A stretch of DNA of 64,000 bases from an uncultured bacterium (GTDB taxonomy: Bacteria > Pseudomonadota > Gammaproteobacteria > Burkholderiales > CAIKXV01): NCBI GenBank assembly GCA_903873475.1, contig CAIQON010000208.1, positions 628 through 64,627 on the forward strand. The letters are read 5' to 3'. Positions within the stretch are counted from its first letter, which is position 1. Each line of letters starts with the position of its first letter. The notes beneath the pieces were generated by a model. The model did no database searches, was not told the DNA's origin, and saw only the letters and a list, made by a program, of their open reading frames with translations. Position numbers and translations under genes: made by a program. Of this stretch, positions 26,389-35,378 are shown piece by piece.

Positions 26389-27081
26389 TCAGCGCAGCCC
26401 GGCCAGCAGTTCGCCGATCCGCTTCATCGAGAACGCGTACGCAGTCGCGTCGTAGCGCTCGTCGTCCTTCATCATGTAGCCGTGCTGCACGCCCGGGAAC
26501 ACATGCAGTTCCACGTTCGGCATGCGTGACGCCAGCCCGCGATAGGCGTCGAGCACCGGCGGCGGTGCGCGGTTGTCGCGATCGCCCCAGAGCAGGCAGA
26601 CCGGCGCGGTGACGCCATCGGCTTCCGCGATGAAGTCTTCCATTGCCGAGCCGTGGCAGGACACGCCGACCTCGAAGCCGAGCCGCTTCGGCCCGATCAG
26701 CGCATACGGCCCGCCGAAGCAGAAGCCGGCGACCGCGGCGCGGCCGTTGAACGCAGGCTGCGCCTTGAGCATCGCCAGGGTATCCATGAGATCCGCCTCG
26801 CTGGCACCGATCACCGCCTTGCGCGGCTCGGCGCGCTCGCCGGTGCGCTTGTCGCTGCGCGGCAGCGGGCCGGGGATGGTGCGCCAGAACAGGTCCGGCG
26901 CGGCAGCGATGAAGCCCATCGATGCAACCTCGGCGGCGATGCTGCGGATGTCTTCGTCGACGCCATGCACCGCGGCGGCGAGCACGACGGCCGGGGCCTT
27001 GCCCGGCGCGGCGGGCAGCGCGAGATGGCAGTCGAACTCACCACCGCCGGTGGCCTTGATGCGCAGGTCCTGTACGGGCAT
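26389..27081 (-). CDS. dienelactone hydrolase family protein (230 aa)
   Basis: C-terminal part of ORF 26389..27963. ATG at 27081. Nucleophile elbow AVAGFCFGG and C-terminal His in FPGVQHGY. Confidence 0.8.
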   Translation of the reverse strand: MPVQDLRIKATGGGEFDCHLALPAAPGKAPAVVLAAAVHGVDEDIRSIAAEVASMGFIAAAPDLFWRTIPGPLPRSDKRTGERAEPRKAVIGASEADLMDTLAMLKAQPAFNGRAAVAGFCFGGPYALIGPKRLGFEVGVSCHGSAMEDFIAEADGVTAPVCLLWGDRDNRAPPPVLDAYRGLASRMPNVELHVFPGVQHGYMMKDDERYDATAYAFSMKRIGELLAGLR

Positions 27082-27222
27082 GGAACGATGCTCCCTCGAT
27101 GTTGGACGATGGCGGCGATGGTGCACGGTCGGCGTGCGGCTGGCAATGCACGCGCGCCGTGCCACAATCGGCGCCGTGAACAAGCCGGCGAAGCCCGGCA
27201 TCCAGGAGGAGAACGGGCTGCC

Positions 27223-27924
27223 ATGGCCATCCGGATCGAAGGACACGATGTCGCGGCCGACGCACGGCGGGTCTTCGACGCCGTCAGCGCAGGCGGCGTC
27301 GCGGTCGTCCACCTCGACGTCGGCTATGCGGTCCTCGGATACACCGCCGATGCAGTGCGCCGGATCTACGCCGCCAAGCGGCGCAGCTTCGACAAGCCCA
27401 CCGGCATCGTCGGCAACCAGTGGCTGCACCGGCAACTGCACCAGCTGCCTGCGGACCGGCTGGCGATGATCGACGCCGTGACCCTCGGCCACGACCTGCC
27501 GCTGGCAGTGATCGCGCCGTTTCGCCGCGACCATCCGCTGCTGGCGGCGATGGATCCATTCGTGCTGTCCAATGCGGTGAAGGGCGACACGCTGAACATC
27601 CTGCTCAATGCCGGAGACCTGCGCAATCGCATCGCCGACCTGGCGATCGGTGCCGGCCAGCTGTTCGTCGGATCGTCCGCCAACACCTCGCTCAAGGGCA
27701 GCCGCTATGCGGTGCAGGACATCGAGCCCGAGGTCATCGCGCTCGCCGACATCGTGGTCGACTACGGCCGTTCCCGCTACAGCACGCCCGATGGCCTCTC
27801 CAGCACGATGATCGACTTCTCCACCTTCCGCGTGCAGCGGGCGGGGGTCTGCTTCGACCAGATCGCCGCCGTGCTGTCGAACGAATTCGGCGTCACCCTG
27901 CAGAGACCGGAGCCTCGCCCATGA
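27223..27924 (+). CDS. Sua5/YciO/YrdC-family (threonylcarbamoyl-AMP synthase-like) domain protein (233 aa)
   Basis: Internal ATG at 27223 of ORF 26653..27924, AGGAGGAG upstream. VVHLDVGYAVLG...RIYAAKRRSFDKP...FVGSSANTS...LSSTMIDFS follow the YrdC-domain pattern. Confidence 0.65.
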   Translation: MAIRIEGHDVAADARRVFDAVSAGGVAVVHLDVGYAVLGYTADAVRRIYAAKRRSFDKPTGIVGNQWLHRQLHQLPADRLAMIDAVTLGHDLPLAVIAPFRRDHPLLAAMDPFVLSNAVKGDTLNILLNAGDLRNRIADLAIGAGQLFVGSSANTSLKGSRYAVQDIEPEVIALADIVVDYGRSRYSTPDGLSSTMIDFSTFRVQRAGVCFDQIAAVLSNEFGVTLQRPEPRP

Positions 27925-28895
27925 ATCGTCATTCCTTCGCCCGACACGCCGCGATCGCCGCATCGTCGCTGCTCGCCTGCGCGGCCGGTGCCCATGCCGC
28001 CTCCGCCTATCCCGACCGGCCGGTGCGCATGATCGTGCCCTTCACCCCCGGCGGCGGCACCGACCTCGTCGCGCGGATGATCGCGCAGAAGCTCGGCGAG
28101 AACCTGGGCCAGCCGGTGGTCGTCGACAACCGCCCTGCGGTCGATGGCGTGGTCGGCACCGAGATCGCCGCACGTTCTCAGCCCGACGGCTACACCCTGC
28201 TGCAGGTCTCGACCAGCCATGCGATCAACGTCGCACTCGGCCGCAAGCTGCCCTACGACACGCTGAAGGACTTCTCACCGATCGCGCACACCGCGAACCA
28301 GCAGCTGATCCTGGTGGTCAACCCGACACTGCCGGTACGTACGGTGAAGGAACTCATCGCGCTGGGCCGGGCGAAGCCGGATGCACTGAACTACGGATCG
28401 AGCTCGAACGCGACCGCCCTGCCGACCGAGCTGTTCAAGGCAATGACCGGCATCCAGGCCCAGCACATCCCGTACAAGGGCTCGCCGCCGATGCTGGCCG
28501 ACCTGATCGCCGGCCAGATACAGATGTCCATCGCCGCGGCGATCTCGGCCATTCCGCAGGTCAAGGCGGGCAAGCTGCGCGTGCTGGCGATCGGCGACTC
28601 GCGCCGCTCATCCGAGATGCCCGATCTGCCGACCATCGCCGAGGCCGGCGTACCCGGCTACCAGGCGACGATCTGGAGCGGGCTGCTGGCACCGGCGGGT
28701 ACACCCGCCCCGATCATCGAGCGGCTGAACCGGGAAGTGGTGAAGGCAGTGCGTGCACCCGACTTCCGCGCGAAGCTGCTCGAACTGGGCGCGGAATCGG
28801 TCGGCAGCACGGCAGCCGAGTGGGGCGCGTTCCTGCGCAACGAGATCGACAAGTGGCAGAAGATCGCGAAGCGGGCGGGCATGCGCGCGGAGTGA
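27921..28895 (+). CDS. Bug/TctC-family substrate-binding protein (324 aa)
   Basis: The ATG at 27921 overlaps the upstream stop (ATGA). Signal peptide ...CAAGAHAAS. Motifs: FTPGGGTDLVAR, VDNRPAVDG, QPDGYT, HIPYKGSPP, GKLRVLAIG, PTIAEAGVPGY. Confidence 0.9.
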   Translation: MNRHSFARHAAIAASSLLACAAGAHAASAYPDRPVRMIVPFTPGGGTDLVARMIAQKLGENLGQPVVVDNRPAVDGVVGTEIAARSQPDGYTLLQVSTSHAINVALGRKLPYDTLKDFSPIAHTANQQLILVVNPTLPVRTVKELIALGRAKPDALNYGSSSNATALPTELFKAMTGIQAQHIPYKGSPPMLADLIAGQIQMSIAAAISAIPQVKAGKLRVLAIGDSRRSSEMPDLPTIAEAGVPGYQATIWSGLLAPAGTPAPIIERLNREVVKAVRAPDFRAKLLELGAESVGSTAAEWGAFLRNEIDKWQKIAKRAGMRAE

Positions 28896-28904
28896 GCGGC
28901 GCAC

Positions 28905-30017
28905 TTACGCCACCACGCGCATCCCGATCGCCTCGGCCTGCCGCCGCTCGAACGCCCGGCAGCGCTCGTCGTGCTGCTGGCCGAGGATGCCGCCGCGCAC
29001 CGTGCCCGGCTCGGTGGTCTTGAACACCGGCAGCCAGCTGGCCGGCAGGCGATCGCCGTCGGGTGTCGACAGCCACAGGCGGAACAGCAGCCGCTTCTTC
29101 TCCGGTGCCTCGTGGTCGGTGAAGTCGGTGCGCGAGTGCAGCGTCACATGGCTGTTGATCAGCTGCAGGTCGCCCGGCTCGAGGAACATCGTGAACGCGA
29201 GGTCGTGGCGGCGCACCAGCGCGTCGAACTTCTCCAGCGCCTCGAGGTGGCGCGGTGCGATCCGCGGTACGCCTTCGATCGTCTGCGCGCCGTTCACCCG
29301 GTTGCGGTTCCACTTGCTGAACAGCAGCCCGCCTTCCACGTCGAACACCGGATGCGGATACGACGGCTCTTCGTCCGCGGCCTGTTCGCCCTGCCGGCTG
29401 AAGTGGATCGGCTGGTGCAGGAAATCGACCAGGTCGGGATGTTCGCTCGCCATCCGCGCATGCGCGGTGACCGAGCTCGACACGATGCTCATGCCGCCCG
29501 AGACCGCCTGGTTGTAGCAGCTGAGCCCCACGAAGTCGGTGGAGTCGGTATGGAAGTCGAGCTCGGCGTTCGACGAGTAGCCGCGCCCGGTCGACGTCCG
29601 GTAGTTGGTGCCGACATCGCGCACCGCCGACAGGTAGTGGCTGGCCTTGCCCTGCGGACGGCCGACGCCGACATGCAGGCCGATCGCCCAGGTCATCACT
29701 TCGAACTGCTTCTCGTCCAGGCCTTCGCGCGGCAGGCCCTTGAGCAGCGAGAGCCCGCGGCCGCGGCGCGCTTCGGCCACCGCTGCCGCGATCGGCCGTG
29801 CGGCCGCACCGAGGTCGAATTCGTCGCGCCGGTAATCGAGCAGGGTGCGCATCGGATCGTAGGCCCGGCGCACCGCCGCCGCGAGGTCGCGGCGGGCCGT
29901 GTCGTCGAGGCGGAACACCCAGCCGCGGTCGTGCTCGAGGTCCTGCGCCGTCCAGTCGGCAGGCGCCGTGGCCTGCGGGTCGATCCCGTAGTCGGTCATC
30001 TGGCTCATCGCGTGCAT
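28905..30017 (-). CDS. TauD/TfdA (clavaminate-synthase-like) Fe(II)/2-oxoglutarate dioxygenase family protein (about 367-370 aa)
   Basis: ORF 28905..30017; alternative ATG at 30008. Facial-triad HxD in LDFHTDSTD and distal His in INSHVTLHSR. Confidence 0.7.
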   Translation of the reverse strand: MHAMSQMTDYGIDPQATAPADWTAQDLEHDRGWVFRLDDTARRDLAAAVRRAYDPMRTLLDYRRDEFDLGAAARPIAAAVAEARRGRGLSLLKGLPREGLDEKQFEVMTWAIGLHVGVGRPQGKASHYLSAVRDVGTNYRTSTGRGYSSNAELDFHTDSTDFVGLSCYNQAVSGGMSIVSSSVTAHARMASEHPDLVDFLHQPIHFSRQGEQAADEEPSYPHPVFDVEGGLLFSKWNRNRVNGAQTIEGVPRIAPRHLEALEKFDALVRRHDLAFTMFLEPGDLQLINSHVTLHSRTDFTDHEAPEKKRLLFRLWLSTPDGDRLPASWLPVFKTTEPGTVRGGILGQQHDERCRAFERRQAEAIGMRVVA

Positions 30018-30026
30018 GCAGCCGCG

Positions 30027-30842
30027 CTACTTGCCTTCGTAGCGCCCCGGCCGCTTCTCCTTGTAGGCTTCGATCGCTTCCCGGTAGTCGGCCGTGCCCT
30101 GCGCTGCGGCCATCGCGGCGGCGGTGTATTCGAGGCTCGACTTCAGGTCGCTGCGCTCATTATGGCGCACCAGCCGCTTGATCAGCCGCTGCTGGATCGG
30201 CGGCCCGCCGGCCAGCCGGTGCGCGAACGCAAGCGTCTCGATGAGCAGAGACTCGGGCGCATGCAGCCGGTTCACCAGGCCGACCCGCTCGGCATCGGCG
30301 GCCGACAGCCAGTCGCCGGTCCACAGCAGTTCGAGCGCGCGGCCGGTGCCGATCAGCCGTGGCAGGAAGTGGCAGCCGCCATTGCCCGGGATCAGGCCGA
30401 CCCGGATGTAGGCCTCGCAGAAGCGCGCATTCGTCGACGCGAAGCGGATGTCGCACATCAGCGCGAGGTCCATGCCGGCGCCGGCGGCGGCACCGTTCAC
30501 GGCGGCGATCAGCGGCTTGTCGAACTGCTCGATCGCGCGCGCCAGCCGGTGCGTGCCGGTCTGCAGCCGGTTCATCCGGTCGAACGGCGTCGGGGTCTCG
30601 CCCCCGGCGACTTCCTGTGCGCGGCGGCCGAGATCGCCGCCGGCGGAGAAGGCGTCGCCAGCGCCGGTCACCATCACCACGCGCACGTCATCGTCGCTCA
30701 GCGCGCTGTCGAGCGTGTCGGCGAGCGCGCCGACCATCTCGGGGCTGAAGGCGTTCTTCTTGTGCGGCTGGTTCAGCGTCAGCCGCAGCACGTGTCCATC
30801 AAGGTCGACAAGCAGGTGGTCGGTCATCGGGGTTCGGGTCAT
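30027..30842 (-). CDS. enoyl-CoA hydratase/isomerase (crotonase) family protein (271 aa)
   Basis: ORF 30027..30842. VVMVTGAGDAFSAGGDL, NGAAAGAGMDLALMCD. Confidence 0.9.
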   Translation of the reverse strand: MTRTPMTDHLLVDLDGHVLRLTLNQPHKKNAFSPEMVGALADTLDSALSDDDVRVVMVTGAGDAFSAGGDLGRRAQEVAGGETPTPFDRMNRLQTGTHRLARAIEQFDKPLIAAVNGAAAGAGMDLALMCDIRFASTNARFCEAYIRVGLIPGNGGCHFLPRLIGTGRALELLWTGDWLSAADAERVGLVNRLHAPESLLIETLAFAHRLAGGPPIQQRLIKRLVRHNERSDLKSSLEYTAAAMAAAQGTADYREAIEAYKEKRPGRYEGK

Positions 30843-30855
30843 GGTCGGATCGTCT

Positions 30856-33063
30856 TCAGTGCACGGGCGTCATGGGAGGGCTGGTCACCACCAGGGCGTC
30901 GGCTGCGACCGCGCCACGTCCCGCAGGCCGCACGAACAGCGGATTGATGTCGAGTTCGGCGAGCACGCCACGATGCGCCCAGGCAAAGGCCGACACATTG
31001 ACGAGGACCTCGACCACTGCATCGATGTCCAGGGTCGGCAACCCACGCGTGCCGCGCAGGATGGGCGCGCAGCGCAACTCGTCGATCATCGAGCGCGCCT
31101 CGGCGGCGTCGACCGGTGCAACGCGGCAGGTGGAGTCGCCCATCGCCTCGGCGAACACGCCGCCCTGGCCGAGCACGATCACCGGGCCGACCGCCGGCTC
31201 GTCGACCACGCCGACCAGCAGTTCGAAGCCGTCGGTGACCATCTCGGACACCAGCACGCCCTGCAGCCGGGCTGTCGGCGCATGCGCGCGGCAGGCGGCG
31301 ACCACGCCGTCGATGGCCGCCTGCAGCGGTGCGCCGGGCGGCACCGAGAGGCGAACCCCGCCGATGTCGCTCTTGTGCGGGATGTCGGACGACACGATCT
31401 TGACCGCATAGGGTCCGTCGAGGCCTTGCAAGAGCCGCGGCGCATCAGCCAGCGCGTCGGCAGGCACCATTACCTCGCGCGGGGTACGTACGCCGATCGA
31501 GCGCAGCAATGCCTTGGAGGACACTTCGTCGAGGGCGCGGCCGTCGGCCTGCAGCAGCGACGCTGGCGCGGCTGCGGCACTGCCGTCGACCGGCGCCTGA
31601 TCGGCCGTCGGTGCACGGGCCGCAGCCTCGCGGGCAGCCGCCCACGTCGCGAGCGCGCCCATCGCCTTGGCGACCCGAACCGGCGAGGGCAGCACCGGCA
31701 GGCGGATCTCGCGCAGCATCGTGTGCGCCTCGAGCGCCAGCGACTTGTGCATCGACGAGAACACGAACACCGGCTTGCGCAGGTCGGCGGCCATGTCGAC
31801 CAGGAACTTCGCGCCGGCGACGGTACCGCCAGGACTGGAGCTGGCGAAGTTCAGGCACAGCGTGTCGACGCCCGGGTCGTCGAGCACGGCGCGGATCACG
31901 TCGGCATAGGCCTTCGGCCCGCGGATGCCGATGTAGCCGGCGGTGAGGTCGACCGGGTTGGTCGGAGACCCGATCGGCGGCAACAGCGCTGCGACCCTGT
32001 CGACGGTAGCCGGCTGGAACTCGGTGAACGCCAGGCCGGCCTGCGACGCGGCATCGCAGAACACGATCGCCGATCCGCCGGAACCGCCGATCACCGCCGC
32101 GCGACGCCCGCTGCCCATGCCGGGATAGCGTGCATGGCACTGGAACGCCTTCACCAGGTCGGGGGCGTCGCTCATCTCGTGCATCTCGACGATGCCTGCC
32201 TGCCGGAACAGCGCCCGGTACACATCAGCGCGTCCGACGATGCTGCCGGTATGCGTAGCCGCGGCACGCGCGCCCTCATCGGTGACACCACCCTTCCACA
32301 CCAGCAGCGGCTTGCCCAGCGCCAGTGCCTTGCGCCCGACACGCATCAGCGCACGTGCATCCGGCAGGCCCTCGAGGTAGGTCATCACGATCTCGGTGCC
32401 TGGATCGTCGAGCAGCGCATCGATCAGATCGACGCAGCCGAGGTCTGCCTCGTTGCCCGTGGCGATCACGTAGCGGAAGCCGATCGACTCTTCCGCGCAG
32501 GCGAGGGCCAGGCTGTAGCCGAAGCCGCCGCTCTGGGTGACCAGCGACACCGTGCCGGGCTCGAGCCGGGGCACGCGGCTGATGCTGCCGAACGCGGCAC
32601 AGACGCGGTCGGGGATGTTCGCGAAGCCGAGGCAGTTCGGGCCGAGCAGCCGGATGCCGGCTGCTCGCGCAGTTGCCACGACCGTGTCCTGGAGGGCCGC
32701 GCCGGCGTCGCCGGTCTCGCGGAAACCGCCGCTCATCACGACCGCCATCCGCGCCTGCCTGCGCGCGGCCTGCTCGATCACACCCGGCACGGCAACGGCC
32801 GGCACCGCCACCACCACCAGGTCGACCGGCCCCGGCAATGCATCGAGCGACGGGTAGCATGGCCTGCCGAGCAGCTCGCTGTACTTCGGATTGATCGGAT
32901 AGACCTCGCCCTGGTAGCCGAGCGTGGTCAGCGCCTTGAGCGTCTCGTGGCCGGGACGCGCCGGATCGTCCGAAGCCCCGACGATCGCGATCGAACGCGG
33001 CGACAGCAGGCTGGAGAGGGAGGGCGGCGGCTCGCCGGCGTTCCGTTCGGGGCGGGGGGTCAT
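30856..33063 (-). CDS. ADP-forming acyl-CoA synthetase (acetate--CoA ligase family; CoA-binding + ATP-grasp; 735 aa)
   Basis: ORF 30856..33063. N-terminal CoA-binding SIAIVGASDDPARPG, ligase-CoA domain, and a C-terminal ATP-grasp half (YAVKIVSSDIPHKSDIGGV). Confidence 0.85.
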   Translation of the reverse strand: MTPRPERNAGEPPPSLSSLLSPRSIAIVGASDDPARPGHETLKALTTLGYQGEVYPINPKYSELLGRPCYPSLDALPGPVDLVVVAVPAVAVPGVIEQAARRQARMAVVMSGGFRETGDAGAALQDTVVATARAAGIRLLGPNCLGFANIPDRVCAAFGSISRVPRLEPGTVSLVTQSGGFGYSLALACAEESIGFRYVIATGNEADLGCVDLIDALLDDPGTEIVMTYLEGLPDARALMRVGRKALALGKPLLVWKGGVTDEGARAAATHTGSIVGRADVYRALFRQAGIVEMHEMSDAPDLVKAFQCHARYPGMGSGRRAAVIGGSGGSAIVFCDAASQAGLAFTEFQPATVDRVAALLPPIGSPTNPVDLTAGYIGIRGPKAYADVIRAVLDDPGVDTLCLNFASSSPGGTVAGAKFLVDMAADLRKPVFVFSSMHKSLALEAHTMLREIRLPVLPSPVRVAKAMGALATWAAAREAAARAPTADQAPVDGSAAAAPASLLQADGRALDEVSSKALLRSIGVRTPREVMVPADALADAPRLLQGLDGPYAVKIVSSDIPHKSDIGGVRLSVPPGAPLQAAIDGVVAACRAHAPTARLQGVLVSEMVTDGFELLVGVVDEPAVGPVIVLGQGGVFAEAMGDSTCRVAPVDAAEARSMIDELRCAPILRGTRGLPTLDIDAVVEVLVNVSAFAWAHRGVLAELDINPLFVRPAGRGAVAADALVVTSPPMTPVH

Positions 33064-33105
33064 GCGATGTCCTGTTGCGGGGGAGGGCGGGTGGCGAGGT
33101 CGATG

Positions 33106-34116
33106 CTACTCGGCGCGGGCGCCGGAGGACTTGACCACCTTCGCCCACTTGCGGATCTCGATCTCGAGGTGGCGCGCGAGTTCGTCAGGCCCCGAACCGA
33201 GCGGATCGACGCCCTGTGCGGACAGGCGCCCCTGCACTTCGCGCTGCCTGAGCACCGCGGCCATCTCGCGACGATGCCGGTCGACCAGCGCACGCGGCGT
33301 GCCGCCCGGCGCGAAGTACGCGTACCAGGTGGTCGCCTCGTAGCCCGGCACGCCGGCCTCGGCGATCGGCGGCGTGTCGGGCAGGGCCGGGCTGCGCCGC
33401 ACCGAGGTGACCCCGAGCGCGCGCAGCTTGCCGGACCGCACATTGGGCACCGCATTGAGCATGTTGTTGAACATCACCTGCACATGGCCGCCCAGCAGGT
33501 CGGCATTGGCCGGGCCAGCACCCTTGTACGGGACGTGGACGAGCTTCACGCCGACCATCGACGCGAACAGTTCGCCCGCCAGGTGGGGTGCGCTGCCGCT
33601 GCCGGACGAGGCATAGACCACTTCGCCGTCGCGCTTGCGCGCCAGCCGGACCAGGTCGGACACGGTCTTCACCGGCAACACCGGATGCACGACCAGCACC
33701 AGCGGCGAGGCTGCGATCCAGGTCACCGGCGCGAGGTCGCGCACCGGATCGAAGGTGATCTGCGGATACATGCTCGGGTTGATCGCGATCGACGAACTGG
33801 TGAGCAGCACCGTGTAACCGTCGCCCGGCGAGCGAACGACCAGTTCGGTACCGATCGTGCTGCCGCCACCGGCGCGGTTGTCGACCACCACCGTCTGACC
33901 GAGGGCTTCGGCGAGGCGCGGTGACACCACCCGTGCAATCATGTCGACCGGGCCGCCGGGGGCGAACGGGACGACCATGCGGATGGGCTTCGCTGGGAAC
34001 GCCTGGGCCGATGCGGGCGGCGGGGGGCCAAGGACGAGCACGAGGGCGAGCACGGCCCCGACCGCGGCGCAAGGCGCCGACGGGACGACTTCCGGGACGC
34101 AGCGCATCCGTCGCAT
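33106..34116 (-). CDS. Bug/TctC-family substrate-binding protein (336 aa)
   Basis: C-terminal part of ORF 33106..34479. ATG at 34116 with AGGAGGAG upstream. Motifs: FAPGGPVDMIAR, VDNRAGGGS, PGDGYT, HVPYKGAGP, GKLRALGVTS, PPIAEAGVPGY. Confidence 0.9.
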   Translation of the reverse strand: MRRMRCVPEVVPSAPCAAVGAVLALVLVLGPPPPASAQAFPAKPIRMVVPFAPGGPVDMIARVVSPRLAEALGQTVVVDNRAGGGSTIGTELVVRSPGDGYTVLLTSSSIAINPSMYPQITFDPVRDLAPVTWIAASPLVLVVHPVLPVKTVSDLVRLARKRDGEVVYASSGSGSAPHLAGELFASMVGVKLVHVPYKGAGPANADLLGGHVQVMFNNMLNAVPNVRSGKLRALGVTSVRRSPALPDTPPIAEAGVPGYEATTWYAYFAPGGTPRALVDRHRREMAAVLRQREVQGRLSAQGVDPLGSGPDELARHLEIEIRKWAKVVKSSGARAE

Positions 34117-34222
34117 GACTGGCTCCTCCTTCGTGCGGACACTCGCCTGCCGTGGGTCGCAGGGGCATGGCCTGCGAGGGCGGCCGATCCGTCGTTCATG
34201 ACTGTCGGGTGACGATACGCAA

Positions 34223-34254
34223 TAACTTGACGGGCGTAAAGTCACTGGTACGAT
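34223..34254 (+). promoter_or_regulatory. sigma70-like promoter (TTGACG-N16-TACGAT) with embedded imperfect palindrome TAACTTGACGGGCGTAAAGT
   Basis: -35 element at 34227-34232 and -10 element at 34249-34254, about 120 nt upstream of the Bug gene at 34374. A near-identical copy sits at 36141-36173. Confidence 0.45.
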
Positions 34255-34373
34255 AGCTGCAGATGATGTCAAACAAGGCAGGCGCGAGAGCCTGTCGATG
34301 CCACCCGTGGCGGGTCCGCGCGACCCGGCCCGGCAGGGCAGCCCGCGATGCCGGGCCCGAAGGAGGAGCAACG

Positions 34374-35378
34374 ATGCGTTCAACGACGCGCGCGGCGCGC
34401 GTGCTGGCCCTGACCCTGTCCGCGGCCACCCCCGCGGCCACCGTCGCGACTGCGCTGTGCGCAGGCGCCGCGATGGCACAGGCCTGGCCGTCCAAGCCGA
34501 TCCGGCTGGTGCTGCCGTTTCCGCCGGGCGCGCCGAGCGACCTCGTCGGCCGCCTGGTCGGGCAGAAGATGGGCGAATTCCTCGGCGTCGGCGTCGTCCC
34601 CGACAACCGTGTCGGCGCTGGCGGCACGCTCGCGCTGAACATCGTCGCCAAGTCGCCGGGCGACGGCTACACCATCCTGATCACCTCGCCGACGATTTCG
34701 CTCAGCCCGCACCTGTATGCAAAACTGCCGTTCGACCCGATCCGCGACTTCGTGCCGGTAGCGCGCCTGGCGACGATCGAGAACGTGATGCTGGTCAACC
34801 CGCGGGTGCCGGCACGCACCCTCAGGGAATTCATCACGCTGGCGCGCAACAATCCGGGCAAGCTGAACTACGGCTCCGGTGGTGGCGGCACGACCAACCA
34901 CCTTGCCAACGAACTGCTGCGCACGCTCGAGAAGATCGAGATGGTGCACGTACCGTACAAGGGTGCCACCCAGGCCACGATGGCCGCGGTCACCGGCGAG
35001 GTCGACCAGGTGATCGTGTCGGTCGCCTCGGTACTGCCGCTGATCAACGAGAAGAAGGTCCGGCCGCTCGTCGTGCTGTCCGAATCGCGGGTGTCGACCG
35101 TCCCCGACGTGCCGACCTCCAAGGAAGCCGGCTATCCGAAGCTGCTGATGTCGATCTGGTACGGGCTCTATGCCCCGGCCAGCACGCCACAGGACGTCGT
35201 GGCGCGGCTCAACCGCGAGGCGCTGCGCGCACTGGAGTCGCCCGATCTCAGGACGCGCGGAGCGGCGATGGGCATCGATCCCTGGCCAGGCTCGCCGGAA
35301 CAGCTCGACCAGCTGACGCGCTCCGAGATGGCGCGCTACGGCATGATCATCAAGAGCGCGGGCATCAAGCCGGAGTAG
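34374..35378 (+). CDS. Bug/TctC-family substrate-binding protein (334 aa)
   Basis: Internal ATG at 34374 of ORF 34263..35378, AGGAGGAG upstream. Signal peptide ...CAGAAMAQA. Motifs: FPPGAPSDLVGR, PDNRVGAGG, PGDGYT, HVPYKGATQ, VRPLVVLS, PTSKEAGYP. Confidence 0.9.
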   Translation: MRSTTRAARVLALTLSAATPAATVATALCAGAAMAQAWPSKPIRLVLPFPPGAPSDLVGRLVGQKMGEFLGVGVVPDNRVGAGGTLALNIVAKSPGDGYTILITSPTISLSPHLYAKLPFDPIRDFVPVARLATIENVMLVNPRVPARTLREFITLARNNPGKLNYGSGGGGTTNHLANELLRTLEKIEMVHVPYKGATQATMAAVTGEVDQVIVSVASVLPLINEKKVRPLVVLSESRVSTVPDVPTSKEAGYPKLLMSIWYGLYAPASTPQDVVARLNREALRALESPDLRTRGAAMGIDPWPGSPEQLDQLTRSEMARYGMIIKSAGIKPE

